Below are positions 47,606-55,079 of a DNA stretch of 64,000 nt, one piece after another. The position numbers and the translations under genes are program-made. Under the pieces are notes generated by a model. It was not told the DNA's origin, did no database searches, and was given only the letters and a program-made list of their open reading frames with translations. Each line of letters opens with the position of its first letter. Positions within the stretch are counted from its first letter, which is position 1. Source of the stretch: Dehalococcoidia bacterium. GTDB taxonomy: Bacteria > Chloroflexota > Dehalococcoidia > Bin125. The stretch is from assembly GCA_963663895.2 (NCBI GenBank), contig CAXXRD010000001.1, positions 192,001 through 256,000 on the forward strand. Direction: 5' to 3'.

Positions 47606-49726
47606 CTAGCCGCCGACCGTCTGGTCGATCGGCGAACTCACGAAGAGGATGTCGCCGGTGGCGATGCTGAAGTTCCCGCTCCGGCCCGGGATGTAGACCA
47701 CGTCCCAAACGCCGGTGTCCTGGTTGTACTTCCAGGCGCTGGTGACGGCGTCGCCGAAGAGGGCGGCTGCCGTCGTCTGCGGACCACTCGCCGTGACCGC
47801 GACGATGCGGCCGCCGGCCCGGAGGTCCAGCGAGATGACCGGCTCGGGCTCCGGCTCGGGCTCCGGCATCACGATGGTCACCCCGCCGGCGCTGGAGTAG
47901 GTCCAAGCGCTGGCGAGCCCATCGGCGACGAAGCGCGCGCGGACGTTGTAGTTGCCCGGGTCGCTCGGGGCCATCTCCGGCCACGCCATCCAGGCGCCGC
48001 TGTTGTGCTGCACCTGGATCTCCAGGGTCGCGCCCTCAGGCGCGTCCGGGGAGACGGCGACCGTGAGTGCGCCGTCCACGACGCTCAGGCTCACGTTGCT
48101 CGGCGCGGCAGGCGGTTCCGGTGCCTCCGAATCACCGATCTGCACCACGATCTCGTGCGTGACCTCGCTGTCGCCCACGGGCACCGAGACCAGGAAGACG
48201 GCCGCGCCGGGGGTGAGCGGGGCGCGGTAGGTGAACGACCGCTGGCCGTCCGCCGTGTCGCCTTTGTCCTCGCCCGCCGTCACCTTGCCGGATCCCTCGA
48301 TCTGGTCGAGCGTGGCGTCGACGACGCCCACGGGCACGCCCCGGTCGTCCAGGACGGTGTAGGTGATCGTGATCGAGCTCAGCGGGTCCACCGAGGCGGG
48401 CGCGTCGCTCGTGATGCTCGCCGGCGGGCCGCCGACGTTGATCGTGAGCGTCACCAGGTCCTCGACATTATCGAGGCTTCCCGCCTTGACCGTGATCATG
48501 TGCGCGCCGCGGGTGGCGTCGTCGCTCGCGTCGTTGGGCGTAGTGTCGCCCGGCGCGCTGACCTTGATCACGCACTTGCCGTCGGCGTTGGTGCCGGCTG
48601 TGAACTTGTCGTAGTCACTCACCGAAGTATCCCGCGGGTTAACCCCAGCCGGCTGGTTGCCGCACGCCGGCAGATCCTTATCCGCGTCGTCCGGGTCGAG
48701 CTGGAAGAAGTCCTTGTCGTTGTCGACGAGGACCTTGACCTGGAGCACGCCCACGGGCGTCTTCGGCGACGTGATGCCGCCGTTCGTCGCCGCGCTGTTG
48801 ACGTCGACCTGCTCGCCCGCCACCGGGTTGCCGCCGCTGTCGAGGATGGTGGCGACGAGGAAGGTGTCGCCGCCGATCTCGATCGCGGAGTTCTGGGCCG
48901 CGACGGTCATGCTGGCCGCGGCGCCGTAGATCGGGACTTTGACGGTCCGGGTGAGTGTCGAATTATCGAGTGTGAACGTCACCTGGGCTGTGCCCGGGGT
49001 ACCGTCGCCGTGCACGCTCACCGTGGCCCGGCCCGCTTCATTGACGCCTGTGGTGCCGGCGTCATCAACAGCGGTGTCAATCTCGCAGGAGCTCTTGCCA
49101 GCGTCGGTGGTGCCACTCGACGACCCGCAGCCGCCCTGGCCGTCCGTGTGAATGTCGCCGAGCGACGTCCGGACTTCCAGTGTTTGGCCGCTGAAGCCCG
49201 TGCCGTCCGCCTTCACGAGCCGCACGGTGATGACGGCGCCGGCGCTGCCGTTTTGCGGGACCGTCTTGGGAACCGGGCCGTTATTCAAGACCTGGATCGT
49301 CGTCGCCGGGTTCGCCGCTATGACCTCGACTGGGTGCTCGCCTACGACCGCGTCCGCGCCGGCGGCCCGGCCGACGGATTGGACGTAGAAGGTGCCCAGG
49401 GGCGAGTCCGCCGCGATCTGGACCCGCAGCGCGACGCCGCTGCTGGTGCCGTTCTCGTCGCACGCCGTGTTATCTGCACACGTGATCTCCGTGCCGTTGT
49501 TGCGGGTGAACGTCGCCTTGATCTTGGTGGCGGGGTCGATCTGATATTTTAGAGCGCCCGAATGGTCGAGCGTCACGACGGTCTGCCCGCCGGCCTCGAC
49601 GGTCCCCGGGTTCGCCTGCGCCAGGGCCGTGCCGGACGAGACCATCGCCCCGGCGACCAGCGCCAGCACCAGCGCGAGCAGGACCGCGACCCGTGCGGGG
49701 CGGGCTGCTCTCATTGCTTCAATCAT
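47606..49726 (-). CDS. Secreted Ig-like repeat surface (S-layer-like) protein
   Basis: Signal peptide, beta-rich Thr/Val/Gly/Asp domains, PEPEPE linker, C-terminal SAWKYN..TG.W..Y.PG...FSI..GD.LFV domain. Confidence 0.8.
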   Translation of the reverse strand: MIEAMRAARPARVAVLLALVLALVAGAMVSSGTALAQANPGTVEAGGQTVVTLDHSGALKYQIDPATKIKATFTRNNGTEITCADNTACDENGTSSGVALRVQIAADSPLGTFYVQSVGRAAGADAVVGEHPVEVIAANPATTIQVLNNGPVPKTVPQNGSAGAVITVRLVKADGTGFSGQTLEVRTSLGDIHTDGQGGCGSSSGTTDAGKSSCEIDTAVDDAGTTGVNEAGRATVSVHGDGTPGTAQVTFTLDNSTLTRTVKVPIYGAAASMTVAAQNSAIEIGGDTFLVATILDSGGNPVAGEQVDVNSAATNGGITSPKTPVGVLQVKVLVDNDKDFFQLDPDDADKDLPACGNQPAGVNPRDTSVSDYDKFTAGTNADGKCVIKVSAPGDTTPNDASDDATRGAHMITVKAGSLDNVEDLVTLTINVGGPPASITSDAPASVDPLSSITITYTVLDDRGVPVGVVDATLDQIEGSGKVTAGEDKGDTADGQRSFTYRAPLTPGAAVFLVSVPVGDSEVTHEIVVQIGDSEAPEPPAAPSNVSLSVVDGALTVAVSPDAPEGATLEIQVQHNSGAWMAWPEMAPSDPGNYNVRARFVADGLASAWTYSSAGGVTIVMPEPEPEPEPVISLDLRAGGRIVAVTASGPQTTAAALFGDAVTSAWKYNQDTGVWDVVYIPGRSGNFSIATGDILFVSSPIDQTVGG

Positions 49727-50072
49727 TGCTGTTCCTTCCTATGCGGCCGGGCCGCGCATTTCCATATGCGGCCCCGCCGTCCTCTTCTGGGATCATTCCG
49801 GGTGAATGGTCGCTCGCCTACTCCCTTCTCCTTCTCACATCAAACGCCGGGCTCCCGCCCGGCTGCGCCAGGTGGAACTGCCCGCCAAGATACCGCCCCT
49901 GCCACGTATGCAGCAGCATTTTTACATCGCGTTGATAAAGGGGAACACCCAGCCGGGGCGGCCCGGCGCCGGCGATCGGTCCGCGCCCGGGCAGGGCCCG
50001 GCTGCTCCCGCGCCGGCAGCCCGGGGCCGCGCGCATTTTCGCACTCTCGACGCGAACGCCGCCGGCGTGCTG

Positions 50073-50390
50073 GCGCTGCATTGCCTGGACCTGGCTCGAG
50101 CGGGATGCTTGACGCGGGCGGCGGGCGGGCGGGAGACTGGCGGAGTGAGCCGGTCGGGTTGCTAGCCCGCAAGCGCTCCGGGGTTCGACACTGGCCTAGT
50201 GCCTTGCGGAGCGCGCCCGGCTCGCATCCATCCTATCCAAGTCCCTCGGGGATCCCTGCTCAAGCGGCGGGGATCGCTCCCAACCGCGTACGCTCTCTTT
50301 AACGATTGGCGCCCATCCCGCGCCGCCCTCCCCGGCCGCCGGCCGCCGCCAGCGCTGCAAACGGGAGCCCGCGCGGCCCGGCGACGCGGA
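50073..50390 (+). repeat. Structured non-coding repeat, copy 1 (complete 318 bp unit with promoter-like motif)
   Basis: TTGACG(50109)-18 nt-GAGACT, long hairpin 50145-50225, conserved core CATCCTATCCAAGT..CTCGGGGA.CCCTGCTCAAGCG.CGGGGA.CGCTCCCAACCGCGTACGCTCT. Confidence 0.85.
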
Positions 50391-50576
50391 GCGCTGCATT
50401 GCCTGGACCTGGCTCGAGCGGGATGCTTGACGCGGGCTGCGGGCGGGAGAGAGACTGAGCGCACGACCGGAGCGACGCCGCGTTGGCCTAGTGCGTAGGG
50501 ACGGCGCCGCATCCGGCCGTGCTCCCGCATCCTAATCCAAGTTCTCCCTCGGGGACCCCTGCTCAAGCGACGGGGA
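50391..50576 (+). repeat. Structured repeat, copy 2 (5' part, tandem to copy 1)
   Basis: First ~47 nt identical to 50073 onward; TTGACG(50427)-18-GAGACT; hairpin 50461-50522; similarity stops at ...CGACGGGGA 50576. Confidence 0.85.
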
Positions 50577-50728
50577 TTATAACCCTAACTTGACGTGACG
50601 CTTGGCATACTCTGGTCTCCCCCGCGCTGAGACCCGCAGTTCGATGCTGAGTGGAGCCATGCTCCCTTGTGGCTCGAACTGTGGAATGGTCTCAGCAATT
50701 ACTCCGCTCACGCGGCAAGGGAGCACCT

Positions 50729-50947
50729 ATGGCCGAGCCGACAGAACAGCAACCGTACCGGCGCGTGACCGTGCGCCAATCTGTCTTTGCGATCGCCGTC
50801 ATGGTGATCGTCGTGGTCGTGCTGATGGGAATCGCGTCGGCGGCCTTCGACTTGCGAAGCGATCTGAGTCTGGTCGTGGTCGCGACCACCTTCACGGCCG
50901 GCGGCGTGTGGGCCCACGTTCTGCTCTCCACCTACGCGCGGCGGTAA
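50729..50947 (+). CDS. Small two-TM membrane protein
   Basis: AAGGGAG RBS; two hydrophobic segments; preceded by a long hairpin at 50626-50696. Confidence 0.7.
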   Translation: MAEPTEQQPYRRVTVRQSVFAIAVMVIVVVVLMGIASAAFDLRSDLSLVVVATTFTAGGVWAHVLLSTYARR

Positions 50948-51014
50948 CCCTTGCGCGCCGGTGTAACATCCCCGGCACGTAACGCTATAATTGCTCCGCA
51001 AGGAGACCACCACG

Positions 51015-51282
51015 ATGACTACCACGCGCGAGACGCTGGAAGCGCACGATCTTGACCATTGAAGCTCTGGCGGCGGAGATGCGTGAGCAGTTCGAGTACG
51101 TCCGATCAGAGTTCGATATCGTCGGCCAACATCTCCGCCGTCTCAACACCAAGATCGACGACACGGAGCACCGGTTGACCGCCAAGATCGACGACACGGA
51201 GCACCGGTTGACCGCCAAGATCGATGATGCGCTGGCGACCATTCAGATGGAGATCAGCGCACTAAGTAGCCAGTTGGACTAA
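51015..51282 (+). pseudogene. Coiled-coil microprotein with 11-aa repeats, apparently frameshifted near 51050
   Basis: TATAAT box, AAGGAG RBS and ATG 51015 give only 15 codons. The body (KIDDTEHRLTA x2.5, 33-nt repeats) is in the +1 frame from 51052. Confidence 0.55.
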
Positions 51283-51354
51283 GTTCACCGGAGGCGACCG
51301 ATGTCCGATCCGGAGCAGCCAGCACCGAGCCCTAACAAAGTCCAAGGCGACGCT

Positions 51355-51524
51355 CGGCCGTGCTCCCTCATCCTCTCCAAGTTCTCCTGCGGGGACCCCT
51401 GCTCAAGCGACGGGGACCGCTCCCAAACCGCGTACGCTCTTTAACGATTGGCGCCCATCCCGCGCCGCCCTCCCCGGCCGCCGGCCGCCGCCAGCGCTGC
51501 AAACGGGCGCCCGCGCGGCCCGGC
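51355..51524 (+). repeat. Structured repeat, copy 3 (3' part)
   Basis: 51355-51416 duplicates 50514-50576; ~51368-51524 matches 50229-50382. Confidence 0.85.
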
Positions 51525-51825
51525 CGCACGACCTGCGCCGCCTGGATGGCAAAGCCCGCTTGACATCCCCCGGCGCCGCTGCGATCGTCCCGGCGCGGTG
51601 GCGCGGCTTCTCTCTCAATGCGGGCGCCGCCCGTCCCCTCGCCGGCTCCGGGCTGGGGCGTACGAGGGGGCCGATCCGCACGCTCCACTTGTGGGCGCGC
51701 CCCCCGCTTGACCGCTTGCGCGTTCCGCGGCGGGAGGGGGGCGCGTCGGGGCGTCCCCGCCGCCGCCACGCGGGCCGCGCAGGTGCTACGCTGCGAGCGG
51801 AGCCGCGACGGGAGGCACGGGAGCG

Positions 51826-52008
51826 ATGGCGGAGCCGCACGATTACGCGACGCAGGCCGATCTGGACGCGCTGCGCGCGGAGGTGGCGCGGATCGCGGCG
51901 GAGGTGCGGGCGGCGATCGCCGAGGCGCATGGGGATACGAAGGCGCAGATCGATGTCGCCATTCTGAGCCTGAGCGAGCTCATCGGGATGCCCGGCGACT
52001 CGGACTGA
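51826..52008 (+). CDS. Coiled-coil microprotein (YATxADL type)
   Basis: GGGAG RBS; MAEPHDYATQADLDALRAEVARIAAEVRAAI heptads. Confidence 0.65.
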   Translation: MAEPHDYATQADLDALRAEVARIAAEVRAAIAEAHGDTKAQIDVAILSLSELIGMPGDSD

Positions 52009-52095
52009 CCGGGCGGGCGGGGGATGCGGCTCCGGGACCGGGAGCTGGCGGCCTAGTAGTTCGGCGAGGGGCGCTGGAACGCGGTCAGCACATCA

Positions 52096-52374
52096 TCACT
52101 TGGCAGCCCGGATCTCCTCCTTGACCTGGGCGACCCCTTCATCCTTCGCTTCCTCGATCTGCACCTCCACCGCGCCAAGTTTCTCGGAGATCTCGATCCG
52201 CAATGCTCGGATGTCCCCGCGGAGCTCCTGGCGCAATGTCTCGATCGAGGCTTCCTGCTGCTCCACGACGGACAGCACGCGAAGAAGGTTGTTGGACAGC
52301 ACGTCAACGAAGGCCGTCTTGTAGGCCTCGATCGCACGATCAAGCTCTTCGCGTGTTACGTACTCTTGCGCCAT
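52096..52374 (-). CDS. Coiled-coil microprotein (YVTREEL type)
   Basis: MAQEYVTREELDRAI...LRQELRGDIRALRIEISEKL; GAGGG RBS and upstream TTGACA. Confidence 0.7.
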   Translation of the reverse strand: MAQEYVTREELDRAIEAYKTAFVDVLSNNLLRVLSVVEQQEASIETLRQELRGDIRALRIEISEKLGAVEVQIEEAKDEGVAQVKEEIRAAK

Positions 52375-52405
52375 CTGTGCCACCCTCGCTCTTAGGCATT
52401 GTCGC

Positions 52406-52430
52406 CTGTCAAGTATCGCTGTCAAGTATC
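52406..52430 (-). promoter_or_regulatory. Tandem 12 bp direct repeat containing TTGACA
   Basis: CTGTCAAGTATC at 52406-52417 and 52419-52430; minus strand gives TTGACA-16 nt-GACAAT. Confidence 0.6.
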
Positions 52431-52571
52431 TGGATACGCGGTGGCGGCCTCCCGGCGCGCCGTCGCTGGGGGATGCGTTTCCGCTACGCTGCGCGCACGA
52501 CCGAGGCGGCGATGCTGCCGCGCGCGACCCGCGTAAAGCGGCCGGAACGATCGTAGGGAGAAAGGAGAAAT

Positions 52572-52749
52572 AGAGCGTACGCGGTTGGGAACGGTCCCGC
52601 GGCGCTTCGTAGGGGTCCCCGAGGCAGAGCTTAGATAGAATGAGGGAGCACGGCCGGATGCGGCGGTCCCTCAGTTGGCCAACTAGCCGCCGCTCCGGTC
52701 GTGCTCTCAGTCTCCCGCCTGGGCCGTGCGCGCGTCAAGCCAGCGCTCG
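52572..52749 (-). repeat. Structured repeat, copy 4 (inverted, diverged)
   Basis: Minus strand: TTGACG-18-GAGACT, hairpin GAGCACGACCGGA...TCCGGCCGTGCTC, core CATTCTATCTAAG..CTCGGGGACCCCT...GGGACCGTTCCCAACCGCGTACGCTCT. Confidence 0.85.
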
Positions 52750-53189
52750 CGCTACGTCCTCCGGGGTCGCCCTCGGTAGCGCGGGTTCACGCTCTCCACG
52801 TCAGGAACCATCTCTTCCTGCATTAGTTGACGCTCTAGGCACGTTTGACAGACCCCCTAGCGTCTTGGACACTGCCGACAGCATCATCCCTGGCGTCCGG
52901 CGCACGTTGCACGTCAGGTTAGGATCCCTCTCTTTCTCGAAAGGACGGCGTTGCTGCCGTCTTTTCTTTGGGTGAGCGCTCTCTCTTCTTTCGCACGGTG
53001 ATTGCTTGGACGCTTCCGCCCAAGATGCAAGGCCGCCGCGACGATACACGCCTCAAGACAGGTAGAACCCGTAGATCGAGAGGTCGGTCCTTCTTTTCTT
53101 TTAACGCTGTTCGACTCTGAGATCGTCGAAGTACGGGGGAGCAAGGGAGATGACCCGGTCGGCTGTATCTCTGAGTTTCCGCGATGAGG

Positions 53190-53471
53190 CTAAGTCAACT
53201 CTCGCACGAGGACGGAAAGCTTTTCTTCGATCGCAGCGAGCCGCTCCTCGACGCCGCTGAGCCGCCCTTCGACGCCGCTGAGCCGCTCCTCGACGCCGCT
53301 GAGCCGCCCTTCGACGCCGCTGAGCCGCCCTTCGACGCCGCTAAGCCGCTCCTCAAAGCCGTCGAACTGCTTTTGGAGACTTTCGATTCGACCTTCCACG
53401 CGACGAATCTCGCCCATCACCGTCGCGAAGGATTCCGTGACTTGTTCTTCGAAGGTCGTCGTGGCGGACAT
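53190..53471 (-). CDS. Coiled-coil microprotein with 7-aa tandem repeats
   Basis: RLSGVE(G/E) x5 encoded by 21-nt tandem repeats (~53238-53352). Confidence 0.75.
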   Translation of the reverse strand: MSATTTFEEQVTESFATVMGEIRRVEGRIESLQKQFDGFEERLSGVEGRLSGVEGRLSGVEERLSGVEGRLSGVEERLAAIEEKLSVLVRELT

Positions 53472-53699
53472 CGTGGTGAGCTCTTTCGCGGCGCCGCGCG
53501 CTTTTCAGCGTTACCTTAGCATGGCGAAGCGCACGAGCCGCGGCGCGCCCGCATCGGCGTCGCCGCCCCTTTTTCGTGGGACAGGGCCAGCTTGATAGCG
53601 TGATAGGGCGCTCCGTCCCGCGCCCCCGCCTCACGGCAGCTCCTCGTACCATCCGGAGCCGAAGAGGAGCCCGTCGTGGCGTACGGCCGGCCCGGCAGC

Positions 53700-53894
53700 C
53701 TACTCCAGAACGAACCACCGCCATACCTCCTCGCGGCGCAGCAGCCGCAGGGCGGTCGACGCCAGCAGCAGGGGCACGGTGACATCGATCACGATCCAGA
53801 GCAGGCCGCTGTCGTTGCCGGGCTCCACCCACTGCACGCCAAACCAGTTCCACAGCAGCGCCAGGAGCAGGGCCGCCGCGCCGTAGAAGGTCAC
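53700..53894 (-). CDS. Small two-TM membrane protein
   Basis: Two hydrophobic segments, 64 aa; no clear RBS. Confidence 0.5.
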   Translation of the reverse strand: MTFYGAAALLLALLWNWFGVQWVEPGNDSGLLWIVIDVTVPLLLASTALRLLRREEVWRWFVLE

Positions 53895-54001
53895 GATAGC
53901 ACGCTAGCAACGGCCCGCCGCTCGCTGCACGCGCACGCGCACGCGCCCGCGCACGATACCATCAGGCAGGGGATCGGCGGGCACGGAAAAGAGGACCTCC
54001 C

Positions 54002-54961
54002 ATGAAACGATGGATCCGGCATCCCCTCGCGGCAGTGGGGCTGAGCGCGGCGGTGGGCCTGCTGGCGGCGGCGGCGCTGGCGGTGGCGGTCGTGGCCCTG
54101 GTCGCGGACGGCGACAAGGATGGTGACAAGAACGGCGATCGGCGCGCGCCGGACGCCCCCGCCGCGCCGGCGGTGCAGATCGATACCGAGGCGCCCGAGA
54201 AGCCCGCGGCGGCCCCCCTCGAACCCGAACCCCGTCCCGCCGCGCAGCTTGAAAGCCTTGAAAACGACGCGCCGGAGACGGCGGCCGGCGTGCGCGAGAG
54301 CGGGGAACCCGGCGACGGGGACGCCCCCTGGGAGGCGCAGCTGGAGGAATGGCGGCCCGGCGAGGACGGGGGCTTTGAGGACGCCACCGAGATATGGGCA
54401 TGGATGGCCTGGCTTGAGGGCGAGGCCGTGGCGGGATCCCTCGAAGCCGATGCGCTGTGGACCTGGCTGACCCTGCTGCTGGCGGGCGGCATGGAGGCTT
54501 GGGGTGACATGGAGGCCTGGAGCGACTGCGACTGCGAGGCGGCGGGCTGGAGCTCGTCGAGCGAGGACGATGATCCGGTGGCGTGGGGGCCGGGGGAGGA
54601 GCCGTGGCCGGACGAGGAGCCGGGCGAAGATTTCGGCGACGAGGAACGCGTGGTGATCGACGCGGAGATCGCGGACGTCACCATCGTGGTGGCGGAATCG
54701 TGGCCGCCGCAGTACTTCGTGCACGTGACCTCGGTGCAGCCGGACGCCTGCCATCAGTTCGCCGGCTATAGCGAAGAGCGGGAGGGGGACGCGATCACGA
54801 TCACGGTGCTCAACAGCGTGCCCGCCGACCTCGCGACGTACGCCTGCGCGATGATGATCTCCATGACGAAGACGAGCATCCCGCTGGGGAGCGACTTCAC
54901 ATCGGGGCGCACCTACACGGTCACGGTCAACGGGGAGGCGCACCTGCTCGAGGCGCAGTAG
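54002..54961 (+). CDS. Secreted/membrane-anchored acidic hypothetical protein
   Basis: GAGGA RBS, N-terminal TM, Trp/Glu-rich low-complexity middle, C-terminal beta domain (ESWPPQY..PDAC..C..IPLG..F.SG.TYTV.VNG). Confidence 0.75.
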   Translation: MKRWIRHPLAAVGLSAAVGLLAAAALAVAVVALVADGDKDGDKNGDRRAPDAPAAPAVQIDTEAPEKPAAAPLEPEPRPAAQLESLENDAPETAAGVRESGEPGDGDAPWEAQLEEWRPGEDGGFEDATEIWAWMAWLEGEAVAGSLEADALWTWLTLLLAGGMEAWGDMEAWSDCDCEAAGWSSSSEDDDPVAWGPGEEPWPDEEPGEDFGDEERVVIDAEIADVTIVVAESWPPQYFVHVTSVQPDACHQFAGYSEEREGDAITITVLNSVPADLATYACAMMISMTKTSIPLGSDFTSGRTYTVTVNGEAHLLEAQ

Positions 54962-55079
54962 CCGCCCGCCGGGGCCTGCCGCCGCGCCCGGGGACCGCCG
55001 GGGGTTGCGGGCGCAACGCAGCGTCCCCAGGGGCGCGGGCCCGGATGTCAGATCGCGCGGCTATCAGTGGCTATTGCTA

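Noticed and set aside
44992-49552. Long plus-strand ORFs (892 aa, 720 aa)
   Set aside because: Antisense shadows of the three minus-strand surface-protein genes.
50073-53471. CRISPR array interpretation of the repeats
   Set aside because: Units are 170-320 bp, irregularly spaced and partly inverted. The 21-nt and 33-nt repeats are spacerless and coding. No cas genes are present.
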